Shown here: positions 37,714-49,900 of the stretch, in pieces
Numbering within the stretch: the stretch's first letter is position 1
How the letters are laid out: each line of letters opens with the position of its first letter
Origin: an uncultured Acidobacteriota bacterium
Lineage (GTDB): Bacteria; Acidobacteriota; Thermoanaerobaculia; Gp7-AA8
Assembly (NCBI GenBank): GCA_963822445.1
Contig: CAWGHO010000003.1
Coordinates: 928,001 to 992,000, forward strand
Direction of reading: 5' to 3'
DNA: 64,000 nucleotides
The notes under the pieces: generated by a model
What the model was told of the DNA's origin: nothing
Seen by the model: only the letters and a program-made list of their open reading frames with translations
Databases searched by the model: none
Translations under genes and position numbers: made by a program

Positions 37714-40101
37714 ATGCCCGCTTCCCCCCTCGAACAGAAACCGGAGCCCAGCCGGCGCGACCGCCGTTACCGCCTGGCCGCATACGAGCTGCCGCTGCTG
37801 CGCCTCATCGGCTCCGTTTTTCTGACGTTCGCGGTCTGGCTGAACAACCGCTACCTCGTTCCCACGGCGGACATCGACGCGTGGAAGACAGTCGCGGCGA
37901 TCTTGGCGATTTACGCCGCCGTCTCCTGGCTCGTCCTTATCGCATTCCTCCGCCGGCGCCGCGACCTCACCCCCTGGATCCTCGGCGGCGATCTCCTGGT
38001 CTGGACCGCGGTCCTTTATCTGACGGGCGCCGAGCAGAGCTGGCTGTTTTTCGTGCTCCTTCTTCGCGTTGCCGACCAGACTCAGACCACATTCCGCCGC
38101 GCGATCGCATTCTCGATGTGGGCCACGGCCTGCTACGCGGCGATGCTCGTCTGGGTGCTCGTCGACGGGCGGACGCTCGACGTCGCCGCCGCGATGTCCC
38201 GGCTCGCGTTCATCTTCATCGCCGGTCTTTACATCGCCCTTGCGGCACGGACAGCGGAGGCCCGACGGGTGCGACTGGCCGGTGCGATCCGCACGTCGCG
38301 CAATCTGATCCGCCGATTGGAAGAGCAGTCCATCGAGCTGCGCGAAGCTCATACGCGTGCCGAGGAGGCGAGTGCGGCGAAGAGCGAATTCGTGGCGAAC
38401 ATGTCCCACGAGATGCGCACGCCGTTGCAGGGCGTGCTGGGTGTGCTGCAACTGGCGATCGAAGACGAGCCGTCTGAAGCGAAGGCGCGGCGTCTGGAAA
38501 CGGCGAAGCGCTCGGCCGAAACGCTTCTGTCGATGATCGACGACATCCTCGATTTCTCGCGCATCGAAGCGAGGAAGCTCGAGCTCGAACCGGTCTACTT
38601 CTCTTTGCGCCACATGCTCGCCGAAACGATGAAGGCCCTCGGCGTGATCGCAGCGGGCAAGCGGCTCACCCTTTCATATCTCGTGCAGCCCGACGTCCCG
38701 GAGACGGTGTGGGGCGACCCGCAGCGGCTGCGGCAGGTGCTGGTCAACCTCGTCGGCAACGCCGTGAAGTTCACGCACGAGGGGGAGATCATGGTCACGG
38801 TCAGCCGCGCCCAGGCCAAGGTCCGCTTCGACGTTCGCGACACCGGGATCGGAATCGCACCGTCGGTTCGCGAGCGGATCTTCGAGCCGTTCACGCAGGC
38901 GGATTCGTCGTTCGGACGCCGTCACGGCGGCGCGGGACTCGGCCTTTCGATCGTCGCGCGTCTGCTCGAAGTGATGGGCGGCACTGTCGACGTCTCGAGC
39001 GAGCAGGGCGCGGGCTCGGTGTTCTCGTTCATCGTTCCGCTGACTGCCGATGCCATCGGCGCCGGACCTCATCGGCGTCCATGGGAAGCGACGCTCGCGG
39101 GAAGTTCGGTACTGGTCGTCGAGCCGGCGGAGATGTCGCGAGGAGCGATCGCAGAGATGCTCCGCAGCCGCGGGATTTTCGCCAGCGCGTTCGCATCAGC
39201 TTCGCAGGCGCCGGAAGGCGGCCGCTATCTCTGCGCGGTCACTGCCGATTCGCGAGTGACCGTGCAGCCGCAGGTGCTCATCGCCTCGCCGCTGTCGCCG
39301 CCCGAAGACACGATTCACGTCACCCGTCCGATCGTGGAGCGCGAGCTCATCGACGCCATCGGCGTGGCCCTCGGCCTGGTCACGCACCACGTCGAATACA
39401 GCCTTCCTCTGCGCACGCCGGCCGACAATCCGCAGCGGATTCTCCTCGTCGACGACAACGAAGTGAACCGCGAGGTCCTCGGCGAAATGATCCGCCGCCT
39501 CGGCCATCAGGTCACCCTGGCGTGGGACGGCGAGGAAGCGCTGTCCGCGCTGGCGCGCGAGAAATTCGACCTCGTGTTCATGGACGTGCAGCTTCCCGGC
39601 ATCGACGGGCTGGAGGCGACGCGCCGGTTCCGCGCCGCCGGCGGAACGACGCCGATCGTCGCGCTCACGGCTCACTCGACGCGGGATGACGCGGAGCGAT
39701 GCATCGCCGCGGGAATGCGATCGGTGCTGGTGAAGCCCGTCGATTCCGCGCAACTCGCCGCGATGATCTCCGACACGCCGCACGCATCGGAGTCGCTGCT
39801 CGATGTCGTGGGAGGAAACGCCGATCTCTTCGCCCGCGTGCGCGAGGTGTTCGCACGGCAGACGCCGGAGATCCTCGCCGCGATGCGCGCCGCCGCGGCC
39901 GCGCGCGACAGCGATGCACTCGCGCGTCAAGCTCACAAGCTCAAGGGCTCGCTGAGCAACTTCCCCGGGCAGAGCGGCGTGGCCGTTGCCGCGAACCTCG
40001 AGAACGCCGCCCGCCTCGGCGATCTGGAGCGCGTCGACGCGATGGTCGACGAGCTCGAGGCCGCGGTGGCGCGCCTGAACGCGCAACTGGCGACGGTGTA
40101 G
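37714..40101 (+). CDS. Hybrid sensor histidine kinase (TM-HisKA-HATPase-REC-HPt)
   Basis: NMSHEMRTP, NLVGNAVKFT, DTGIGI, GAGLGL, FMDVQLP and AHKLKGS. Confidence 0.95.
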   Translation: MPASPLEQKPEPSRRDRRYRLAAYELPLLRLIGSVFLTFAVWLNNRYLVPTADIDAWKTVAAILAIYAAVSWLVLIAFLRRRRDLTPWILGGDLLVWTAVLYLTGAEQSWLFFVLLLRVADQTQTTFRRAIAFSMWATACYAAMLVWVLVDGRTLDVAAAMSRLAFIFIAGLYIALAARTAEARRVRLAGAIRTSRNLIRRLEEQSIELREAHTRAEEASAAKSEFVANMSHEMRTPLQGVLGVLQLAIEDEPSEAKARRLETAKRSAETLLSMIDDILDFSRIEARKLELEPVYFSLRHMLAETMKALGVIAAGKRLTLSYLVQPDVPETVWGDPQRLRQVLVNLVGNAVKFTHEGEIMVTVSRAQAKVRFDVRDTGIGIAPSVRERIFEPFTQADSSFGRRHGGAGLGLSIVARLLEVMGGTVDVSSEQGAGSVFSFIVPLTADAIGAGPHRRPWEATLAGSSVLVVEPAEMSRGAIAEMLRSRGIFASAFASASQAPEGGRYLCAVTADSRVTVQPQVLIASPLSPPEDTIHVTRPIVERELIDAIGVALGLVTHHVEYSLPLRTPADNPQRILLVDDNEVNREVLGEMIRRLGHQVTLAWDGEEALSALAREKFDLVFMDVQLPGIDGLEATRRFRAAGGTTPIVALTAHSTRDDAERCIAAGMRSVLVKPVDSAQLAAMISDTPHASESLLDVVGGNADLFARVREVFARQTPEILAAMRAAAAARDSDALARQAHKLKGSLSNFPGQSGVAVAANLENAARLGDLERVDAMVDELEAAVARLNAQLATV

Positions 40102-40163
40102 TGTGGGCCTCCGGCCTACCTTTTGGCCCCCACCCAAAGGTAGGCCGGAGGCCCACACTACAC
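40096..40163. repeat. Perfect 28-bp inverted repeat, GTAG-type REP doublet (REPIN-like)
   Basis: GTGTAGTGTGGGCCTCCGGCCTACCTTT-N12-exact reverse complement. Confidence 0.9.
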
Positions 40164-40167
40164 GGAA

Positions 40168-40866
40168 TCAGTCGAGGTGCCGTTTCGTCGCGGGCACGCA
40201 CAACATCCGCGGGGCGATCACCACGTAAGTCTGGCCGCCGAACTGATCGCGCACGTCAACCTTGCGCTTGCGGAACTCCTTCGAGGGCTTCACCTCGTAG
40301 CAGAGGTAGTGATCCAGCTGGTTCTTCGCCGGTTCCACCTTGAAGTACGCCGCGCCGGCGCCGAACGGGCTGGCCACCGCCTTGATCGTCAGCGAGTGCG
40401 GTCCGGGGCCGACCGTGAACGTTCCCTTGCTGACCAGCGGATCGGCGAAGCAGGGATCGGGATCCGGGCCGCAGTCGCCGCTCGTGGCGGGAGCCGAGGT
40501 CACGCCGATCGACGTGCCGAAGTCGAAGACCTCGAAACGATCGCCGCGAAGGAACGCGTCCGTGACGCTGACCGTCGCGCCGCCGGCCGGTGCGGTGAAC
40601 GTCCAGGGCGGATCCCCGGCGAACACGGCGTTGACGCCGGGGCCGGCACATCCGCCGGCGAGACAGCCGGTCGCGAAGCTGCCGGCGCCGCCGAACAGGA
40701 ACTCCTGCCACGGGCCGGCCGTCGGGACGGTCACCGGATCGAAGGCCGTGTCGCGCTGCGGCGGCGTGCCGCGCGTGCCCCTGATGCCGTTCTGTTGCGC
40801 GTTGATGGAGAGGGTGGAGAGAACGACGAGACAAACGAACGTCAGAGACCGGAAGAATTTGGACAT
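40168..40866 (-). CDS. Secreted Cys-containing hypothetical protein
   Basis: AGGAG RBS and signal peptide; VTDAFLRGDRFEVFD core and C-terminal DHYLCY…DQFG…LCVP module. Confidence 0.8.
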   Translation of the reverse strand: MSKFFRSLTFVCLVVLSTLSINAQQNGIRGTRGTPPQRDTAFDPVTVPTAGPWQEFLFGGAGSFATGCLAGGCAGPGVNAVFAGDPPWTFTAPAGGATVSVTDAFLRGDRFEVFDFGTSIGVTSAPATSGDCGPDPDPCFADPLVSKGTFTVGPGPHSLTIKAVASPFGAGAAYFKVEPAKNQLDHYLCYEVKPSKEFRKRKVDVRDQFGGQTYVVIAPRMLCVPATKRHLD

Positions 40867-40937
40867 ATCGCTACTCCTGTAGTTAGTCGAGGCATTGGAG
40901 CCTCACAGAAGTAGTGACGGAAAGACGGCCGGCGTTA

Positions 40938-40970
40938 CAGCCCTCTCCCCGACGCGCGGGAAGAGGGCTG
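40938..40970. terminator. Hairpin downstream of the giant surface protein gene
   Basis: CAGCCCTCT…AGAGGGCTG stem; no clear U-tract. Confidence 0.45.
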
Positions 40971-40978
40971 GCAAATCG

Positions 40979-43900
40979 TCATTGGGCGGGCACGTACGTC
41001 GGGTCCTGCGTGCGGTTGTCGATCGCAGAGCCGTATCCGATCACGGCGCCGTTGCCGCCGATGACCCGGATCGAGACCCGGGCATTCGTCGCTCCGTCGA
41101 GGCCGAGGTTGGCCAGGAGGGATCCGTACTGGCGGAACTCGTAGGGGGCCAGGTCGATGGTCATGGAGGACGTCTGACCATCGCCGCCGGTGGCGATCAC
41201 TTCTACCTGGGCGCTGTGTCCCGCGACTTCGGCAACGCCGACATTGCTGCGGAAGCGGGCAGATTGTTCGAGCTGCAGAACATCGATCGCTCTTCCGCCA
41301 AGCCGGGAGGCATCGGCGATGGTCATCGCCGGGATGAACTGGCCGTACGTGCCGCCGGTATCGCGGCGGTCGTAAGTCCGCGCGGTGACAACCAGCTTCG
41401 ATGCCGTCGACGTCGAGACGTGAAGCGCGCCGCCGCTCTGGGTCTTTCCGAACATCTGCTCGATGATGTTGTCGTACGCCTTCACTTCGCGCCCGAAGAG
41501 CGTGACCATGCGCGTCACCGCACCCGCACCCCCCTCGGGATGGAACGTCAACGTGGCGCTGATCGATGCTTCGCCGGCGTTGTAGATCCGCACGTCGCTG
41601 CGCCAGTTGTTTCGCCCGGTCGCGTAGTGCGCGACGCCGGGGACGACATAACGCTGGGCATTGACGGCCGCGGGGACGACACCGGTTACCAGCAGAGGAT
41701 CACTGGTGACGTTGTCGACCAGCGAGGCATACGCGGCAACCGTTCCCTTCGACGAGCTGACCTCGACCTCGAGCCGGGCGTCGTCGATCTTCACGTCGTG
41801 CCGCGCGAGCATCGAGTCGATCTGCTGATGCTCGAATGGTGCGAGGGCGATGGTCTCCTCGGCGAGCTTCTGACCGGTGGCGTTGTAGAAGCGGACGATG
41901 ACGTTGGCGGCGTTGCCGGAACCCTCCACCAGTCCGACGTTCGTGCGATAGGCCGCCGACTGGGCGAGCTGCTGCAGCGAGAGCGTCGTTCCTGTACCGG
42001 CGAAGGCAGACGCGGGGATTGCCGGGATGAACTGACCGTAGGTTCCTGAATCGGTCTGGTTGTACGTGCGGCTGGAGATGACAGCGTTCGATGAGCCGTC
42101 GACCGGCCGTATCTCGAGCGCGCCGGTGGCGCTTTCGCCCATCGCGCCGTAGCCGAAGATCCGGCGGACGACGTCGCCGAGAGCGAGCGTCGCTCCGGCC
42201 TCGATGGTCATGGTCGAGCGGCGTCCTTCCAGCGTGCCGTCGGTGCGCGATGGCGTGAAGAGCAGGTCATAGGCTGCGGCGGTCGCCGACGGGTTGTAGA
42301 TGCGGACGTCGGAGCGCCAGTGCGACCCGATGCCGGCGGCGTGACCGACCGCCGGGATGACGGCCGCCGGCTGCGAGGCTGACTTGCCGCTTTCTTCGAC
42401 CGGCTCCATCGCGTGAACGGTGACGCTGTAAGTGGTGATGAGCGAGTTGTCGGGCGCACGAACGCTGACCGTTCCGGTCGTGCTGCCACTGCGAAGTGTC
42501 GCAGGGTCGGCCGTCAGAGCCAGCACCAGACCGGACGGCGGAATCGTTCCGGATGCCGGTGTGACTTTGAGCCAGGCGGCGTTGCTGACGGCGATGAACG
42601 ATGCATTCGCGCTGATGCCCACGCCTTCTTCGGGAGTGAGGCCAGCAGGTTGCGTGAGCTGATCGGTGGATCCGCGCTCGATGGGGATGTCGAAGTCGTT
42701 CTCAGTGCCGGACGACATCGGCTGTACGACGACGCGCAACGTCCGTGACCATTCGTCGCTGCATCCATCGACTCCCTTGACTCGGAAGTAGTACGCGGTG
42801 GGTGAGGCGACATCGAAACGGAAGAGACGTGACGAGCCGTTGACCTCGAATTGTGTGGCCGACGTGAAATCGGTGCTCGACGACTGCTGGAGCTGATAAC
42901 GCGTGGTGTGAACATCCGACCAGCGGACGTGGAAGCTCGAGCGCGTGCTGGTCTCGGAGACGGCAGAGATGCGCGGCGCGGCGCAAACGTCTTCCTCTTC
43001 CGTCGTGAAGCGCGCGCAGGCGCTCGTGATCACCCCGCAACCGCTGCGGTGCGCGACGACACGCCACTCGTACGTAGTGTTGGGCTGGAGGTTCGAGTAG
43101 GCGAAACGGGGTGCGGTGATGTTGCCGACCAGGGTCGTGCAACCGCTGCCCTGCACGCCGAGGTAGACGTCGAAGCGGGACGCTCCCGGGGCGCTCCAGG
43201 TCAGCTCGCCGGAAGCGGCGCCTCTGGTTACCGGCCGCATGTTCGATACGGTCGGGCAGGCGGCTACGCGCGTGGAGAAGGTGTCGCTATTGTCGGATGG
43301 ATCGGATTCGCCCGAGGATGAGGAGGCGGATGCGGTGATGGTGTACAGGCCGCCTGCGGTGCCGAGCGGTGTGATGAGCCGGAAGTTGATGGTCTGCTGG
43401 GCACCGGCGCCGACAGTGCCGATGTTGCAGGGGAACGACGCGCACGGTGCGGAGGGCTGGAGGATCCAGCCGGCAGGAGGCGTCAGCGAGACCGACGTAT
43501 TCGCGGCGGGGGAGGAACCGTTGTTCCGGATGACGACCGAGTAGTCATCGCCTTCGCCGGCCATCGCGCTCGCCGGACCGTTCACGGACACCGCGAGGTT
43601 GGGCAGGCCGCCGATGATGATCGTGGCGGTGCCGCTTTCGCTTCCGCCGGTGCGGGTTGCGGTGATGGTGAATGAGGAGCCGCCCGTTCCAAAGTTGAGA
43701 CCGTGGCTGGCCAGCAAGCCGTTCGCGAACGTTGCCGTGGTTCCGGCGCCGGCCGAAAGGGTGCCGCTCGAGGAGATGTCGACCGTGTTGCCCGTGCCGT
43801 TGAACGACACGACGACGTTGTTGTGCACATCGAGTGCGCTAATGCGGATGGCGAACGGTGCACCCGCCGTTTGCGGCGGGATCGTGCCGCCGCCGGCCGA

Positions 43901-46900
43901 CTCGATCGCGAAGTGATGCAGCGGTCCGGCGTTGACCGTGAAGGGATTGGACGTGCCGGCGCCGTTCGTGTCCGCGGCGGTGATGGTGCGACCCGCGCCG
44001 GATGCGGTCAGCGTGACGTTGATCGTCTTCACGCCGTTGTCGGAAGCGATGAACGTGACATTGGTCGGCGCGATGTCGCCCACGTCCGTGGTGACGGTCA
44101 ACGTGCCGGTGAAGCCGGTGGCCGTGTTGCCGAAGGTGTCGCGTGCCGTGATGCGGACGGGGAAGGGGATGCCGGCCGTCTGCGGGCCGATGTTGCCGCC
44201 TCCGCCCGCTTCGACGAGGTGGTTCGCTGCGCCGGCCGCACTGACGACGAAGGAGTTGGAGGATCCGCTGTTTCCGCTCGGCGCGTGCGTGGCCGTCACG
44301 GTGGCCGCGGCATTGGCGGCTGTCAGCGTGACGTTGATCGTCTTCACGCCGTTGTCGGCGCCGGCGAACGTGACTGTGAGCGGCGAGACCGTTCCGGCAT
44401 TCGAGCTGAGGTCCAGCGTGCCGCTGAACGCGGTGTGGGTGTTGCCGAACGCATCGCGCGCGGTGATGCGCACCGCGAACGCGACGCCCGCTTGCTGCGG
44501 GGCGATGTTGCCGCCGGCCGGCGCTTCGACCCTGAAGTGATCGAGGGCCGCGTGCTGCACGTCGATCGTCGCCTGGCCGGTAATCGGTCCGTCGGTCACC
44601 GTGATCGTCTGCGTTCCGGCGGTGATGAGGGCGAGACCGGTGAAGGCGTGATCGCCCTGGTCCGATCCGGCGTTGAACGCGTAGCCCGGAGGAAGGGTCG
44701 CCACGGGATCGCTGCTGGTGAAGGAGACAGTGCCCGAGTAGGTCGTCGTGACGTTATCGAACGCGTCGAGTGCCGTCACCGTTGCCGCGAACGGATCGCC
44801 GGCGATCGTCGTCGCCGGAGCGTTGATGGTGAAGTGATCGGTGGCCGCGGCCGCGACCGCGACCTCGGCCGATCCGGTGATCACACCGGACGTGGCCGTG
44901 ATGGTCTGGTTGCCCGACGTGCGGAGGGTGATGCTGTCCAGCCGTGTGCCGCCGGTCAGCGTGCCGTCCGCGGGCAACGTGGCGTCGCCATCGGTCGACG
45001 TCACGATCACCGTGCCGGAGAAGGCCGGCGTGACGTTGTCGTAGGCATCGAGGGCGGTGATGGTGGCGTTGAACGCCACGCCGGCCGTTGCAGTGGGCGG
45101 AGCAGCGACGGTGAAGTGCGTCGTCGCGCCCGGATCGACGGTGAACGGATCGCTGTCATCTGCCGCGCTGACGCCGCCGGTCGCGGTGGCTGTGAGGATC
45201 ACGCCCGATTCGGCCTTCGTGTACGTCACGCCGCTGATGGTCGTTCCGGTGTTGCCGAACGCGATGGCGCCGTTCAGGGTGCCGCCGAGCGGGCCGGTGC
45301 CGGTGTCGAGCGTGAGCGCGATCGGTGTGTTCGCCGGGACGCCGGTCGCGTTGCCGAGCGCATCGACTGCCTGCACGACGACATCGAAGGGTGTGCCGGC
45401 AACCGGGTTGACTCCGCCGTTGACGGACGTGATGGCGATGCCGACCGCTTGCGCGTGCAGCGTGAAGTCGCCGAACGAGGTGATGCCGGCGCCCGACGCG
45501 GTGTGGAGGATCGTGTCGACGGAGGCCGTCGGATATGCCCAGCCACCGCTATGGCGCGCGAGGCGATAAGCGAGCTCATTGCCGACCACGTCGGCCGGGA
45601 GATAGGTGAAGGTCAGATCGGCTGCGGTGACGCCACCCGCGTTGAGAGTCCAGTAGCGCTGCAACGCGTTGGCGGTCGGCGAATTCGGATGCGCGCCTTG
45701 AACCGCGGTGGTTGTAACGGTCGCAGGGAACGTTCCAGTGGTCGCGTTCACGCTCACCGGCGAGTACCCGTTTGCCGTGCCGACGTCGAACGCCTTCGTT
45801 CCGGCGGCCGTGAAGACGCGGGCGAGGTTGCCGATCACATGGCCGCTGGTCCGTGAAACCGATCCGCTGCCGAGGATGGTCAGTGTGTTCGCGCCGGTGT
45901 CGATGTTGCCGAGGGTCAGGGTCAATGTGCCGCCGGCCGTGACCTGGGTCGCGAGCGTGAGCCCGGCGGCATTGTTCATGGTGACGTTGTGCAGCGCGAT
46001 CGGGGAGGTAGTTCCATCGATCGTCTGAGGCGACGTGCCGTTGACGTTGAGATTGCCGGTCGTGCTGAATCCGCCGTTGACGGTCATGTCGCCGTGCAGA
46101 TGAAGGCTGCCGGAGCCGGCGTTGAGCGATCGGCCGCTGTTGATCACCAGCGAGTCGGACACCGGCAGGTTGCCGAGCATGGTCACGTCGGAGTCGATGA
46201 CCAGATTCGAGAAGAAGTTGTTCGGGTTGTAGCTGCCGATGGTCTGGAGCTGGCTGCCGTTGAAGGTAATCGTCGACGTCGGGCTGAGCTCGAGCGTCGA
46301 GCCGGCGGCGAAGTTGCCGGTGATGTTCATCGAGCCCGCGCCGGTGATCTCCAGGATCTGCGTCGGCGGGTTGCCGGGGAAGGTCGCGTTGCCGTCAAGA
46401 TTGACCGTGCCGCCGGCGACGGTGAGGATGGCCTTGCGGTTTCCGGCGCCGTTCATCTCCAGCCCGCCGATGTCGAGCGTGCCGTGGCCGACGTTCATCA
46501 CCGCTTCGATGTTCGCGTTCAGCGGCGCCTCGATCCGGAGCAGGCCCTCGACGCTGAGGGTCACGCCGTTGTTGAGCACCACCGCGGAGCTGATCGTGGC
46601 CGCGTCGAACGTGAGCGTGCCGGCGGATGCGTCGGCGGTCACGGTGACGGTGTGACCTTCAGCGATGACCGCGTCATCGGCGATCGTCGGCACGCAGCCG
46701 CCAACCCAGGTCGAGCCGTCGTTCCAGGTGCCGCTGGCGAGTGTGGTGTACGTGCAGATGCCGATCGCGCTGAAGGACGTCGAGGCCGCGCCGGCGGTGA
46801 CGTTCAAAGTGTTCGCGCCGGCGGTCGGGCCCAGCGTCCAGCTCGTGACGGTCGCGACGCCGGAGCCGTTGGTCGTCTGCGAGCCTCCGGTGACTGAGCC

Positions 46901-49900
46901 GCTGCCCGCCGCCGGCGCGAAGGTCACCGGCTGGCTGGGAATCGCGTTCGTAAACGCGTCTTCGATCCTCACCGACGGATCGGTGGGGAGGGTCGAGCCG
47001 GCGGGCGCCGTCTGATTGTCGCCGGCCAGTTTCACGATCACCGCCGCGGGGCCCGGTGCAACGGTGAAGCTGTTGCTCGTCGCGCCGGTCAGGCCGGGTG
47101 CGCTGATGCTGAGCGTCTTCGCACCGGTCGTGTCGATGCGCAGCCCGCTGTACGTGCCCGCGCCGTTGCCGTTGGCCGTGCCGATGTCGACCGTCGTCGT
47201 TCCCTGCAGCGTGCCGGTGCCGCTCTGCAGGGCGATCGTGACGATCCTGCTTCCGCCGAGGCCTGAGGAAGAGTCGTTCCCGAAGGCGTCGCGCGTCTCG
47301 ATCGCGGGCTGCGTTCCGAACGCAGAACCGGCTGCTGCGCCGCCCGGGTCGGTGGTGAAGAAGAGCGATGTGGCTGGACCGGGATCGACGGTGAAGGCGG
47401 CGCTGGTCGCACCGGTGAGCTGATTGTTCGAGGCGGCCAGCGTCTTGATGCCGGCGGTGTCGATGCGCAGATTGCTGAACGTAGCCGTGCCCGGCGTAGC
47501 GCCGTTGTTCCCGGCGTTGATGTTGCCGCCGCCCTGCAGCGTGCCCGTGCCGCTGGCGATGTCCAGCGCGATGTTGGCGTTGTTGGCCAGGCCGACGATG
47601 GAGTTGTTGCCGAACGCGTCCTGCGTCTTGACCACGGCGGTGAACGTCGACCCCGCGACGGCACCGCCGGGCTGGGTCGTGAAACCGAGCCCGGCCACCG
47701 TCGTAGCGTTGACGGTCATGGTGTTGTTGCCGTTGATGGATGCGGACACCGTGTCGGTCGCAGTCACGCTGCGTGAACCGGCGGTCTTCAGCGTCAACGC
47801 GTTCGTGAATGTGCGCACGCCGTTGTCGCCGCTGACGAAGGTGTAGTTGCCCGGCAGCACGCCCTGCGGGTCATCGGAGCTGAACCCGATGGTGCCGGTA
47901 TAGCCGGTGGCGGTGTTGGTGAACGCGTCTTTCGCCGTAATCGTGGCGCTGAACGCCGTGCCGGCAGTGGAAGTGGCGGGGAGGGCCACGACGAAGTTCG
48001 TGGCTGTGCCGGGCGCGACGCTGATGCTGTTGCTCGCGTCGCTGAATGTGCCGTCGTTGGCGGTGATGGTGCGTGTACCGGACGTCTTCAGCGTCGCGCT
48101 GAACGTGCGCACACCGCTGTCCGCGCCGGTGAATGCGTAGTCCGCCGGAAGAATGGCGATGCCGTCGGTCGAGGTAAATCCGACCGTTTCCGCGTAACCG
48201 GTGGCGATGTTGCCGAAGGCGTCGCGTGCAGTGACGGTGAAGTCGAACGCGTCACCGGCGATCGCGTTCGCCGGAGCCGACGTAGTCAGCGAGGCAGCAG
48301 CGGCGGGCGCGACGTCGATGTTGTCCGTGGCGTCGGTCAGCGTTCCGTCATTCGCGGTGATGGTGTGCGTGCCGGCGTTCTTGAGGGTGACGCTGAAGAC
48401 TCTCTGGCCTGCGTCTCCGCCCGTGAATGGATAGTTCGCGGGGAGTGTCGCCATGACGTCTGTCGAGCTGAACGCGACCGTGCCCGTGTAGCCGGTGGCG
48501 ATGTTGCTGAACGCATCGCGAAGCGTCACGGTGACGTCGAAGGCATCGCCGGCCGTGGTGTTCGCGGGGCCGGTGATGGTCATCGACGTTGCCGCTCCGG
48601 CGACCACCGTGACGTTCTTGTTGCCGGTGATCGTCGCGGTGACGGTGTCGGTGCCGGTGATGCTCTGCACACCGCTCGTGCCGAGGGTGAAGCTGAGGAT
48701 TTTCGCGCCGTTGTCGGCGACGAGGAAGGTGTAGTTTGCCGGCATGGTCGCCTGCGGATCGCCGGACGTGAAGTGCACGGTGCCGGTGTAGCTCGGGGCC
48801 ACGTTGTTGAAGGCGTCCCGCGCCGCGACGGTGACGTTGAATGCGTTGCCTGCCGTTGCGTTCACGGGTGCGGTCAGGGAAAGAGTCAGAGGCGCACCGG
48901 GTGACACGTTCACGTTGTTGCTGGTGCCGTTGATCCCGCCGTCGGTCGCGGTGACGGTCCGGTTGCCGCTCGTCTTCAGCGTGACGTTGAAGCTCTTCAC
49001 GCCGTTGTCGCCGGCGAGGAACGTGTAGTCGCCCGGAAGGACGGCCTGGGCGTCGTTCGATGTGAACTGGACCGTGCCCGTGTAGCCGGTGGCAACGTTG
49101 CCGCCTGAATCGCGCGCGGTCACGCTGACGCTGATGACATCGCCGGCCTGCGCGGATGCGGGAGTGCTGACGTCGAACGAAGCAGCTGGTCCCGCGGCAA
49201 CGGTCACGGAGCCGGAGGTGACACCCGTAAGGCCAATGGATGCGAAATCGACGGCGATCGTCTCGCCGGCCACGTTGTAGCGAAGGTCGTTGAACGTCGC
49301 CAGTCCGCCGACGGCGTCTTCGGACGTGTCGCCCTGCAACGCGGCCGTGCCGCTTCCGCTGTTGCGCGTCGCGGTGATCGTGTTGGTGGCGCTGGTCGGA
49401 TTGCCGAAGGCGTCGAAGATCCGAACCGCGGGCGCAGGGGAGAAGGCAACGCCCGCGGTTGCGTTGGCCGGCAGATCCTGAACCATCGCCAGATGGTCGG
49501 CCGGCCCGGCGGCGACGGTGAATGCGTCGCTCGTTGCGGTGCCGAAGCCGCTCGCACTCAACGTGTGGGCTCCGGCCGTATCGATCCGCAGGTCCAACCC
49601 GGTGATCGTGCCGTTGCCTCCGCCGGTGCCGATGTCATGGAGGGTCGTGCTCGACCCGTGGAAGGTGCCGGGGCCGCTGGCGACGGCGAGCGTGATCGGC
49701 ACACTCGCCGCGAGACCGCCGTTCGAGAGGTTGTCGAACGCGTCGAACGTCTGCAGAACGGGCTGGGTCGAGAATGCCGCGCCGGCCGTTGCGCCGCCGG
49801 GGTGGGTGGTGAACTTGACGGTGCTCGCGTTTGCCGCCGAAACGACGACGTTGTTCGAGGTCGTGCCGGTCAGCCCTGACGAGCTGAAGGCGAGGCTGAT

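Noticed and set aside
40867-40937. Possible ECF promoter (TGTAAC…CGTC) upstream of the 40866 gene
   Set aside because: Spacing is 14 nt rather than the 16 nt seen at 10291-10319; too weak to call
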